A stretch of DNA of 64,000 nucleotides from Planctomycetaceae bacterium. GTDB lineage: Bacteria; Planctomycetota; Phycisphaerae; Sedimentisphaerales; UBA12454. The stretch is taken from NCBI GenBank assembly GCA_021371795.1, contig JAJFVK010000020.1, positions 30,160 to 94,159 of the forward strand, written 5' to 3'. Position 1 is the stretch's first letter, and every line of letters starts with the position of its first letter. The notes beneath the pieces are model-generated. The model was not told the origin of the DNA, ran no database searches, and was given only the letters and a program-made list of their open reading frames with translations. The position numbers and the translations under genes are program-made. Positions 55,525 to 64,000 of this stretch are shown here, one piece after another.

Positions 55525-56829
55525 GTGAAGAGCATCGGCTATGCAGTCTGTTTGCTGCTGTGTGCATTTATTTCGAATGCAGGTGCGGAAATTTCCGCTG
55601 CCGATGATGCTCTGCTTGAAGAAATCACCTGTTCGTCATTTCAGTTTTTCTGGAAAGAAGCGGATTCTGTATCGGGTCTTGTTCCTGACAGAACTGGCGC
55701 CGAGGTTTGCAGTGTCGCGTCTTTGGGTTTTGGCCTTGCTGCGCTGCCGATAGGTGTTGAGCGGGAATATGTATCTTATGACGATGCGAAAAATCGTGCG
55801 TTGAGTGCGCTGCGTACTTTGGAAAAATCCAATGCGAAATACCAGGGCGTATTTTGTCATTTTATTGATTTGAAGAATGGCAATGCGACAGATTTGGGTT
55901 ATGAGAGGGTTACTTCAACTATTGATACTGCTCTGATGATTGCCGGTGCGATTGTTGCGGGTGAGTATTTCGGCGGCGAAGTTAAACAGGCAGCGGAACG
56001 TATTTTTGTGGCCGCAAACTGGGCTGCGTATGTCAATCCCGAAAACGGACAGGTCTATATGGCGTATGATATGGGCACTCCGGGCAAATTCGAAAAGCAG
56101 ACCTGGGACTGGTACACTGACGAAACAATTTTAATTTCACTTCTTGGTCAGGCATCGCCGAATCCTGAATATCGTTTAAAACCTCAAACAATGACAAACT
56201 GGAAGCGTCCGGTGGGACGATATAAAAACGGCAAACCATATATTTATTCATACCCCGGCACTTTATTTACGTATATGTTTGCTCACTGTTTTTATGATTT
56301 CAAAACAATGGGCAAAGACTCGCGGGGTGTTGACTGGTTTGAAAATACACGCCGTGCGGTTATTGCAAATCGTGACTGGTGCAGAGACCATTCTGCTATG
56401 TATGCAAGCTATGGCGAAAATCTCTGGGGAATTACTGCCGGCAGCGCTCCTGACGACTATGTGGTGCTTGGACACGAACCTCGCGGCGCAAGCGAAAATC
56501 AGGGACAATACGGTACGCTGCATCCTTACGGTGCGGGAATGTCGGTTCCGTTTTTGCCGGATGACGCGATTGCTGCGCTGCGTTATATGCGAAGTTTGAA
56601 AATAGACAACAAATCCGTCTGGCAGAATATCGAGGACGGCGGATATGGCTTTTGGGACGGTTTTAATATTGATAAGCGGTGGGTTTCCAATCGCGTGATT
56701 GGCATCGCGCAGGGGCCGATGCTTTTATTGGTGGAGAACGCCAGAAGCGGGCTTGTTTGGAAACTGATGATGAAGAATGAATATGTTCGTCAGGGCATTG
56801 CAAGAGCCGGCTTCAAGGGAAAATTTTAA
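55525..56829 (+). CDS. Secreted GH144-like (glycoamylase/PF10091-type) candidate endo-beta-1,2-glucanase
   Basis: GGAG lies 6 nt before GTG 55525. Signal peptide. Paralogous to the 62049+ gene (FQFFWKEADSVSGLVPDR vs FRFFWDYAHPASGLTRD; YQGVFCHF vs YHGAWAHF). Confidence 0.55.
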   Translation: MKSIGYAVCLLLCAFISNAGAEISAADDALLEEITCSSFQFFWKEADSVSGLVPDRTGAEVCSVASLGFGLAALPIGVEREYVSYDDAKNRALSALRTLEKSNAKYQGVFCHFIDLKNGNATDLGYERVTSTIDTALMIAGAIVAGEYFGGEVKQAAERIFVAANWAAYVNPENGQVYMAYDMGTPGKFEKQTWDWYTDETILISLLGQASPNPEYRLKPQTMTNWKRPVGRYKNGKPYIYSYPGTLFTYMFAHCFYDFKTMGKDSRGVDWFENTRRAVIANRDWCRDHSAMYASYGENLWGITAGSAPDDYVVLGHEPRGASENQGQYGTLHPYGAGMSVPFLPDDAIAALRYMRSLKIDNKSVWQNIEDGGYGFWDGFNIDKRWVSNRVIGIAQGPMLLLVENARSGLVWKLMMKNEYVRQGIARAGFKGKF

Positions 56830-56842
56830 AATAGAAAGCAAA

Positions 56843-59800
56843 ATGGAAATAAAAGACAGCATTTTGATTGATGGTAAAAACGTTTTCATGGCGAAGAATT
56901 CTGCCGGTCTGCGATTTTCCATTTTTGATAATGGCGTGATAGAAAACATCACTTGCGGCAAAACGCAGATAAGTCTGATAAACTCTTCCCCGCTCGGAAA
57001 CGGCTGCTGCGATTTATATCTAAGAAAAAGAACGCCGGTATTTTCCGCGACTGCTATGATTGGCTCGTCATCGGCAATATCGCATTTCATTGACGAGAAC
57101 ACCTACGAAACAAAAGGGGAGTTTGCAGGCGTGCAGTTCAGATGCAGACTGCTGCTTTGTCCGCGGCAGAGCAAATGGCTCTGGTCTGTGCAGTTGATTA
57201 ACAATACAGACAAATCAGCCGAGTTTGATTTGATTTGCGTTCAGAACGTTGGTATTTCCTGTGCCGATGGCAACGAACAAAACGATTATTACATAAGTCA
57301 GTATACAGACTATGCTCCGCTTTGGGATAACGAACTTGGATACGTTGTTTGCTGTCGGCAGAACGAACACGGCAAAGGCAGTTTCCCGTGGCTTGCGATG
57401 GGTTCGCTTTCGAAAGTAAAAAGTTTTTCGACTGACGGCCAGCAATTTTATGGAACCTCTTATAGGCAGACTGCCGTTCCGCAGGCGTTATCTCTGGACA
57501 AATTGCCCGGACTTAAGCAGGGTGAGTTTGGCGTTGTCGCGATGCAGTGCGAACCGTTTGTTCTCAAACCGCGGCAAGCCGGAAATTATAGTTTCTTTGG
57601 AATTTATCACGCCAATCATCCGTCAGCCACAACATCGGCGGATATTGAACTTATCGCGCCGGCAATCGAGGAATTAAAGGTGCTTGCCGCGACTGTGTGG
57701 TCTGACGATTGTGTTTATTCAGAACCTGTTGCGAACATCTTTTCGCAGGCATTGCCGTTTGTGTCGGAAGATTGCACTGATAAAGAGCTTGACGTTTTGT
57801 TCAAAGGAAGCAGAAGAAACAGCGAATTATACGATGGCAGACTGCTGTCGTTTTTCTACGGCGATAATCGTTATGTTGTTCTGCGTGAAAAGGAACTGCT
57901 TATATATCGTTCGTGCGGCCATATAATCAAAACAGACGGCAATTTGCCGGGCGATGAGACGATAATGTCGGCGTCGTGTTTTATGCCGGGAGTTTTCCTG
58001 TCGCATCTTGTGCAGGGCAATGTAAATTTCAATCGCCTGCTGACGGTCGATACGAATGCGTTGAATTTTGTTAGAAACTCCGGCCTTCGTGTTTTCGTAA
58101 AGCAGTCCGGCCTGTATTCTCAATTGTCTGTGCCGTCGGTGTTTGAAATTTCATTAAACAGTTGCCGATGGATATACAAAAACAATCAATCGCTTTTTGA
58201 AATCATAAGCAGGGCCGATGCAGTTAATCCGCAGATTCGGTTTGAACTGAACGTATTGAAGGGTGAAAAGCCGCAGTGGCTCATCACCTGTGAGCTTGCG
58301 GCAGAACATAACTGGCAGACCGAATCGAATGGCGTGTTGAAATTTTTGCCCGGCGAAAAGAGCTGCCTGAAATCTATGTATCCTGCCGGTCATTATATTA
58401 TGAGTTTCGACAGTTCGCAGTGCATCGAGCAAATCGGCGCAGATGAAATGCTTTTCGCTGACGGCAAAAGCAGAGGGCTTGACTTTATTGTCCTCAAACT
58501 CGCCGATACCGACAAATTCGCAATGACTTTCGAAGGCAAACTGAATGTGCCAAGCCAAAAACAATCTGCCGCGGCTTTAGATGCTGACGGCTGTTTTGTA
58601 AATATGGATTTATCGTCTGTGCGTGATTCGTCGCAAATCGGTCGGATAGCTGAAATTATGCCATGGTTCGCTCACAACGCAAAAATTCATTATACCGCTC
58701 CTCACGGCCTCGAACAGTATGGCGGCGCGGCGTGGGGCACTCGCGATGTATGTCAGGGTCCGATTGAAATGCTTCTGGCGGTCGGCAATTATAATTATGC
58801 GCGAAAAATTCTTACGACAGTCTTTTCAAATCAGAATCCGGACGGCAATTGGCCGCAGTGGTGGATGTTCGACCGTTACAGAAATATCAGAACGAATGAA
58901 TCGCACGGCGATGTTATTTTCTGGCCTTTGATTGCACTATGCGAATATATCGAATGTTCGGGCGATTACGATTTGCTCAATGAAATGCTGCCATATTATT
59001 ACTCTACTGATTTGCCGCGGTCAGAGCCGGCGAGTATTTTCTCTCACGTTATGCGTGCTGTTGAGCATATTACAACTCTTCGTTTTGCCGACGATACGAA
59101 ACTTGTGGATTACAGCGACGGTGATTGGGACGATGCGATGCAGCCTGCGGATAAATCGCTCAAGAAACGGCTCATAAGTTCGTGGACGGTTGAACTTTGT
59201 TATGAAGCGTTTACGAGATTGATTGTAATGTGCCGTGCCGCCGGTTATATCGAGCCGGTTGAACAGCTCGAACAGCTTTGCGAAGAGATACAAACCGACT
59301 TCAACAAATATCTGATTAAAAATGATGTTGTTGCCGGGTTTGGCCTTCGAGGCGATGAAAACAAATTCGATTTACTCCTGCATCCGTCCGACAAATCGAC
59401 GGGCATTCACTACCGTCTGCTTCCGATGGTGCAGGGAATTTTGAGCGGGATATTTACGCCTCAACAGGCGAAATCTCATATTGCGGTAATACATCAGCAT
59501 CTCAAAGGCATTGACGGCATTCGGCTGATGGACAGACCCGTGCAGTATCACGGCGGAATTCAGAAAATTTTCAAACGTGCCGAAAGCGCAGCGTTCTTTG
59601 GCAGAGAAATCGGCCTTATGTATTCGCATGCGCATTTGCGTTATGCCGAAGCTCTGGCACGGATGGGAAATTCCGAAGAGTTTGCAACCGCTCTGCTGCA
59701 AATTGTTCCGATTGGTATTCAAAATATTGTTCCGCAGGCGGATATTCGCCAGTCGAATTGTTATTACAGCAGTTCCGATGCCGATTTTGTCAGCCGTACC

Positions 59801-60196
59801 GGCGCGAGTGAACATTATGACGATTTGCTCGCCGGTAAAATTCCGGTCAAAGGAGGCTGGAGAGTTTATTCCAGCGGGCCGGGAATGTTTGTCGCTTTTG
59901 TTATGCGTTATCTGCTCGGCATTCGCCGAAGCTGCGGACAGACTATATTTGACCCTGTTATGCCGGCGAAATTCGACGGCCTTGCTGTAAACGTAAAACT
60001 CTTCGAAAAAGATGTGAAAATTATTTATCACATCAGCGAAAAGCAAAACGGCGTTGGCAAAATAGAAATTAACGGAACACAATGTAATTTTGACCGTGAA
60101 AAAAATATTTATCGTCTCGGCGGAGCGTCTATTGCGGACGCATCGCTCAAACAGAAATTAGACAGAAATAATAACGTTATAGAAATTTGTATGTGA
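56843..60196 (+). CDS. GH94-family glycoside phosphorylase, candidate 1,2-beta-oligoglucan phosphorylase
   Basis: Motifs: GAAWGTRDVCQGP, DYSDGDWDDAMQP (GH94 catalytic DW.D context), GLMYSHAHLRYAEAL, VYSSGPGMF. Start set to ATG 56843, after the upstream stop. Confidence 0.7.
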   Translation: MEIKDSILIDGKNVFMAKNSAGLRFSIFDNGVIENITCGKTQISLINSSPLGNGCCDLYLRKRTPVFSATAMIGSSSAISHFIDENTYETKGEFAGVQFRCRLLLCPRQSKWLWSVQLINNTDKSAEFDLICVQNVGISCADGNEQNDYYISQYTDYAPLWDNELGYVVCCRQNEHGKGSFPWLAMGSLSKVKSFSTDGQQFYGTSYRQTAVPQALSLDKLPGLKQGEFGVVAMQCEPFVLKPRQAGNYSFFGIYHANHPSATTSADIELIAPAIEELKVLAATVWSDDCVYSEPVANIFSQALPFVSEDCTDKELDVLFKGSRRNSELYDGRLLSFFYGDNRYVVLREKELLIYRSCGHIIKTDGNLPGDETIMSASCFMPGVFLSHLVQGNVNFNRLLTVDTNALNFVRNSGLRVFVKQSGLYSQLSVPSVFEISLNSCRWIYKNNQSLFEIISRADAVNPQIRFELNVLKGEKPQWLITCELAAEHNWQTESNGVLKFLPGEKSCLKSMYPAGHYIMSFDSSQCIEQIGADEMLFADGKSRGLDFIVLKLADTDKFAMTFEGKLNVPSQKQSAAALDADGCFVNMDLSSVRDSSQIGRIAEIMPWFAHNAKIHYTAPHGLEQYGGAAWGTRDVCQGPIEMLLAVGNYNYARKILTTVFSNQNPDGNWPQWWMFDRYRNIRTNESHGDVIFWPLIALCEYIECSGDYDLLNEMLPYYYSTDLPRSEPASIFSHVMRAVEHITTLRFADDTKLVDYSDGDWDDAMQPADKSLKKRLISSWTVELCYEAFTRLIVMCRAAGYIEPVEQLEQLCEEIQTDFNKYLIKNDVVAGFGLRGDENKFDLLLHPSDKSTGIHYRLLPMVQGILSGIFTPQQAKSHIAVIHQHLKGIDGIRLMDRPVQYHGGIQKIFKRAESAAFFGREIGLMYSHAHLRYAEALARMGNSEEFATALLQIVPIGIQNIVPQADIRQSNCYYSSSDADFVSRTGASEHYDDLLAGKIPVKGGWRVYSSGPGMFVAFVMRYLLGIRRSCGQTIFDPVMPAKFDGLAVNVKLFEKDVKIIYHISEKQNGVGKIEINGTQCNFDREKNIYRLGGASIADASLKQKLDRNNNVIEICM
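56875..56890. promoter_or_regulatory. LacI-family operator candidate, site 2
   Basis: TAAAAACGTTTTCATG is identical (16 of 16) to 54319-54334. It lies at +33 to +48 of the GH94 ORF. Confidence 0.55.
60171..60180. promoter_or_regulatory. Weaker operator-like palindrome
   Basis: ATAACGTTAT, a perfect 10-bp palindrome with one change per half-site relative to AAAACGTTTT. Lies 25 nt upstream of the transporter ATG. Confidence 0.3.
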
Positions 60197-60204
60197 AAGT
60201 AACA

Positions 60205-61635
60205 ATGGATTCAAAACAGCGTCACATTACAGAAGAAAAGGATAAAATTGGTTTCGGCCAGAAAGTTGCGTACGGTCTGGGTGCGATGTCAACCAACGTC
60301 GCGGTCAATTCCCTGAACAACTGGGCTTTGATTTTTTATAACACCTGCCTTGGCGTTAGTCCTGTTCTGATTGGCATTGCACAGGGTATTCCACGGCTTT
60401 GGGATGCTGTAACTGATACCTATATAGGAGTTTGCTCGGATAACAGCCGCAGCAAATTTGGCAGAAGAAAGCCGTTTATGTTCTTCGGGGCGATTGCTCT
60501 GGGTATGACTTTCTCGCTGCTGTGGATGGCACCAAAAAGCTGGAGCGAATATGCCATATTCGGTTATTTCCTTGTAATGTCGCTGGGGTTTTATACAGCC
60601 GTTGCGGTTTTTGATATACCGCGCGGCGCGCTTGGTTATGAAATGACCGACGATTATCACGAGCGAACGAGATTATTTGCGTATTGCAGTTTTATTATAA
60701 ATGTCGGCGCGATTACAACGCCGTGGATTTATTTTGTCGCTAATCTGAGTGTATTTAAAGATGATTTGCAGGGTATGAAGTATGTCGGTATAGCGATGGG
60801 ATTGTTGATAGTTTTCGGTGGTGTAGTTTGCGCAATTGTCTGCAAAGAGCGGAAAACTCAACAGGTCAGCCATCAGGAACGCGTCAAATTTTGGAGCAGT
60901 GTTATGACAACCTGCAAAAACCGAACATTTATATGGCTGCTGGCGATTATTATGCCGATAACGCTTGGTTTTTATTTTGTTGGCGGCTTCAGCCAGTTCA
61001 TAATGCTTTATTATGTTTATGGCGGCGATAAGCCGCATGCTTCAATTTTAATGGGCTGGTGCGGAACATTGTGGGCGGTGCTTTCGCTTGCCGGTGTTTT
61101 TCCGATGACCTACATCGCGACACGACTTGGCAAATCAAAAACTGTTATGATATTTCTTCTTGTGATGGCTGTGGGCAATTCGCTTAAGGTCGTTTGTTAC
61201 AGCAGGACTTATCCCTGGCTGGCGTTGATTCCGACAGCGTCTTTATCGCTTGGTTTTCTTGTGCTGTTCTCGCTGGTTTACTCAATGATTGCGGATATTT
61301 GCGATGAGGACGAACTCAACACGGGCAAACGCAGAGAGGGCAGTTATCAGGCCGTTTATAACTGGTGGTGGAAAATCGGAATGTCCGGCGCGACTATTAT
61401 TTCGGGCTTTTTGCTCAAGTCAACAGGTTTTAATGTAAAACTTCCCGCCCAGTCCGATTCAACGCTGCTTTGGCTGCGTGTATGGGAGATTGGTTTGCCG
61501 TCGGTTATGTGTCTGGTGAGTGTTTTGCTGCTCATTAAATATCCTTTAACTGAACAGCGGGCTTATGAAATTAAGGATTTGCTCGCGAAACGAAAACTTG
61601 AACTTGCCGCGATTGGCGAAGTGAATGGTAATTAA
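60205..61635 (+). CDS. GPH-family (MelB-like) glycoside:cation symporter
   Basis: 12-TM profile. DAVTD.YIG..SD.S.SKFGRRKPF signature. Confidence 0.8.
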   Translation: MDSKQRHITEEKDKIGFGQKVAYGLGAMSTNVAVNSLNNWALIFYNTCLGVSPVLIGIAQGIPRLWDAVTDTYIGVCSDNSRSKFGRRKPFMFFGAIALGMTFSLLWMAPKSWSEYAIFGYFLVMSLGFYTAVAVFDIPRGALGYEMTDDYHERTRLFAYCSFIINVGAITTPWIYFVANLSVFKDDLQGMKYVGIAMGLLIVFGGVVCAIVCKERKTQQVSHQERVKFWSSVMTTCKNRTFIWLLAIIMPITLGFYFVGGFSQFIMLYYVYGGDKPHASILMGWCGTLWAVLSLAGVFPMTYIATRLGKSKTVMIFLLVMAVGNSLKVVCYSRTYPWLALIPTASLSLGFLVLFSLVYSMIADICDEDELNTGKRREGSYQAVYNWWWKIGMSGATIISGFLLKSTGFNVKLPAQSDSTLLWLRVWEIGLPSVMCLVSVLLLIKYPLTEQRAYEIKDLLAKRKLELAAIGEVNGN

Positions 61636-61647
61636 GAAAAAGTGATT

Positions 61648-62061
61648 ATGAACGATTTTGAAAACAATTTGACAGTAGAAAGCTGCCGACAGTCGATGTC
61701 GGAAGCACAGACGATGAATGTCTCTGTTGTTGCTGATAGTCTGGTCGCAAGGGCGGTTGATTTTATAAAGAGAAACGCCGGCCGGCCGATTCAGGTCCGC
61801 AATGTTGTCGAGCACGTCGCGGTTTCGCGAAGAGAAATTGAAAGACGATTTAAAAAATCGCTCAATCGTTCGATTCATCGCGAAATCAAACAGACGAGGG
61901 TTAGTTTGATTGCCGCAATGCTGCTTGAGACTTCATACACTGGTTCTGAAATCGCGGCTAAACTCGGGTTTGCGGACGTAGCTCATTTTGCAAGATATTT
62001 CAGGGATATCGAAGGAGTAAGTCCGCTGGAATACAGAAAGAAAAATTTATGCACTGTTTGA
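61648..62061 (+). CDS. AraC-family HTH-only protein (about 137 aa)
   Basis: Double HTH_18: VRNVVEHVAVSRREIERRFKK and SEIAAKLGFADVAHFARYFRDIEGVSPLEYRK. No ligand or dimerisation domain. Confidence 0.75.
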   Translation: MNDFENNLTVESCRQSMSEAQTMNVSVVADSLVARAVDFIKRNAGRPIQVRNVVEHVAVSRREIERRFKKSLNRSIHREIKQTRVSLIAAMLLETSYTGSEIAAKLGFADVAHFARYFRDIEGVSPLEYRKKNLCTV

Positions 62062-64000
62062 GAAAATTAAAATATGTTTTTCTTGCAGTCCTTGCCGCAG
62101 CCGCGACAGTATCGGCTTCGCAGCTTACAGTTGTAAGTTACGAACCTGCTGAAACGAGCCTTGTTGTTTCGTCTGGCGAAATAGCGACAATACAAAAAGT
62201 TCTCGGCGGAACTGACGGATCGCCAAATGCAACTGACGGTTCGTATGTGCTTAAACTTCAATGGACAGGCCAACCCGACCGCAAAGTTGAAATCTATCAA
62301 AGCGGTTTTAGCTACAATTTTGCCGGCTTTGACCAGATGCTTGTCGATGTATATATACCGACCGGCTCGGCTCTGTTTCAATCAAGCGGTCTTATCGGTA
62401 TCTGGAGCAACAACTGGCTGCCGGGCAACTGGAGCCGCGGCGATATTGTCCCGACAGAAAACGACGAATGGTTTACAATCACAATGGATATAAGTTCGTT
62501 TAACGAAGTGACGCTGAATTATATATCCGCGCTCGTTTTTGAATATTATGGAGCTGATGTCGGCACATTGTACATTGACAACATAAGATTGTTCAGTTGC
62601 CAATCCAGTGAGCCCAATGGTCTGGTTGCGACCGGCCACGACAGCAGAATAGATTTGAGATGGAACTCCATTGCGGGAGTTACCGGTTATCATATCTATC
62701 GCGCGGATTCGGAAACAGGAACTTTTACAAAAATTAACTCCAATGTTCATCTTGTGAATGTATATAGCGATTTTCTCGGCACAAACGGCTTGACAAAATA
62801 TTATTACGTGGTTTCCGTCTGCGGCGGCAGTGAGTCTGTTCCGTCTGATACTGTTTCCGCGGCTTCTTTCGCAATGACAGATGAGCAGCTTCTCAATTCT
62901 GTGGAAGAAGCGACATTTAGATTCTTCTGGGATTATGCTCATCCGGCAAGCGGACTTACAAGAGACAATTATGACCCGACTTATATTACCAACCAGTGTG
63001 CCATTGGCGGTACAGGAATGGGACTGATGGCTGTTTGCGTCGGTGCCGAGCGGGGATTTGTAAGCAGAGCAGACGCTGCCCAGCGGGTTTTGAAAACATT
63101 GAATTTCCTCAATGATGTAACGCCTCGTTACCACGGTGCCTGGGCGCATTTTGCTAACGGTTATACCGGCCAGACTATCGCTGCGATTGACAGTTATGAT
63201 AACGGCGCCGATTTGGTTGAAACTGCTTATGTGGCAAAAGGGCTGCTCACGGTTCGGCAGTACTTCGATTCGAATGATGCCGCTGAAACACAGATTCGCA
63301 GTCTTGCGACCGAAATGTGGGAGGGGATTGATTGGTACTGGTATCTCCGCCGTACAGAATCCGGATACGAAAACAACGAATCGCTTTACTGGCACTGGTC
63401 GCCGAATTACGGTTGGGCGATGAATATGCCGATACACGGATACAACGAATGTCAGATTATATATCTGCTGGCGATAGCTTCGCCGACGCATCCGATACCC
63501 GCATCATGTTATTATAACGGCTGGGCGGCTTATGGGTATAAAAATGGCAACACATATTATGGTTACAAGCAATGGGTTGGCGGATTTGAATCGTGTATGT
63601 TCTTTACGCAGTACACGCATCTTGGTTTTGACCCGCGCGGCAAATATGATAACTTCTGCAATTATTTAGATAACAGCCGAAACATCGCGTTGATTGACAG
63701 GGCGTATTGCATTGCCAATCCGAAAGGTTACAGCGATTACAATGATTTGGTCTGGGGAATGACCGCAAGCTATACTCCGTGGGGTTATGGCGCACAGGCG
63801 CCGGGCAATCCGGACAACGGCACTATTTCACCGACAGCCGCATTAAGTTCGACTCCATACACGCCGGCCGAATCGATTGCGACAATGAAGCATTTTTATC
63901 ATAATTACGATGGTAAATTATGGGGGCCGTTTGGTTTTGTCGATGCGTTCAATCCGACCTTTAACTGGTATTCGCCTGGTTATATCGCAATCGACCAGGG
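62049..64000 (+). CDS. Secreted CBM-like + FN3-like + GH144-like glycoside hydrolase, 3' end beyond the window
   Basis: Not in the ORF track because it has no stop in the window. I read the frame open from ATG 62049 to nt 64000. Signal peptide MHCLRKLKYVFLAVLAAAATVSA. Motifs: FRFFWDYAHPASGLTRD, GGTGMGLMA, YWHWSPNYGW, GYNECQIIYLLAIASPTHP, FFTQYTHLGFDPR, GKLWGPFGFVDAFN. Confidence 0.7.
   Translation, partial: MHCLRKLKYVFLAVLAAAATVSASQLTVVSYEPAETSLVVSSGEIATIQKVLGGTDGSPNATDGSYVLKLQWTGQPDRKVEIYQSGFSYNFAGFDQMLVDVYIPTGSALFQSSGLIGIWSNNWLPGNWSRGDIVPTENDEWFTITMDISSFNEVTLNYISALVFEYYGADVGTLYIDNIRLFSCQSSEPNGLVATGHDSRIDLRWNSIAGVTGYHIYRADSETGTFTKINSNVHLVNVYSDFLGTNGLTKYYYVVSVCGGSESVPSDTVSAASFAMTDEQLLNSVEEATFRFFWDYAHPASGLTRDNYDPTYITNQCAIGGTGMGLMAVCVGAERGFVSRADAAQRVLKTLNFLNDVTPRYHGAWAHFANGYTGQTIAAIDSYDNGADLVETAYVAKGLLTVRQYFDSNDAAETQIRSLATEMWEGIDWYWYLRRTESGYENNESLYWHWSPNYGWAMNMPIHGYNECQIIYLLAIASPTHPIPASCYYNGWAAYGYKNGNTYYGYKQWVGGFESCMFFTQYTHLGFDPRGKYDNFCNYLDNSRNIALIDRAYCIANPKGYSDYNDLVWGMTASYTPWGYGAQAPGNPDNGTISPTAALSSTPYTPAESIATMKHFYHNYDGKLWGPFGFVDAFNPTFNWYSPGYIAIDQ

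Noticed and set aside
59372-60082. 236-aa minus-strand ORF
   Set aside because: It lies antisense to the GH94-like phosphorylase.
62382-63491. 369-aa minus-strand ORF
   Set aside because: It lies antisense to a plus-strand frame that has signal peptide, FN3-like and GH144-like motifs and a paralogue in the window. Its own translation is low-complexity Arg/Ile-rich with no motifs.
1-64000. tRNA, rRNA, tmRNA or RNase P genes
   Set aside because: Reading by eye, I found no GTTCGAATC-type T-arm or other hallmark. This should be confirmed with tRNAscan-SE and Infernal.

Overview
This window looks like a chromosomal segment, about 45-50% GC by eye, from a PVC-type bacterium. Dockerin/GEVED surface proteins, an FGE-sulfatase protein, a giant orphan secretin and large CAZyme loci suggest Planctomycetota, perhaps Phycisphaerae-like, but this is inference only. 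I saw no rRNA, tRNA or CRISPR array.

Housekeeping genes:
- hflX-gpsA and pilT.
- yacG, a membrane protein and a capD-like gene.
- A xerC/D-type recombinase.
- A long minus-strand operon: fmdB-like, leuS, CYTH, lipid kinase, kdsA.
- miaB, tsaB, aroC-aroA.
- pyrR-pyrB-pyrC followed by a NYN-domain gene.

Accessory content:
1. A REP-like element / RAYT (Y1 HUH transposase) unit. One REP copy sits inside the transposase ORF, and a partial duplication forms the gene's 5' end.
2. A 1.95-kb gene desert (10.5-12.4 kb) with a YD-repeat fragment and an IS4-type transposase fragment. It also holds several short-period repeat families, mainly heptanucleotide arrays, which recur elsewhere in the window.
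3. A composite intergenic element of about 300 bp, present at 11.7 kb and 46.1 kb.
4. An exported protease pair: a C10/beta-helix/dockerin protein and an S8 homologue that seems to lack the catalytic Asp.
5. A 15-kb glycan locus (49-64 kb). It combines two GH144-like genes, a GH94-like phosphorylase, a GPH transporter, LacI and AraC regulators, GH35 and a GH15-like enzyme. This fits beta-1,2-glucan/sophoro-oligosaccharide use. It carries two identical 16-nt LacI-type operators.

Other points:
- A 24-bp hairpin buries the miaB SD and AUG.
- The ribulokinase gene has an in-frame internal deletion.
- The chorismate synthase is divergent.
- The last gene (62049 to the window end) is missing from the ORF track because it has no in-window stop.

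All family calls come from motif recognition by eye. No searches were run.
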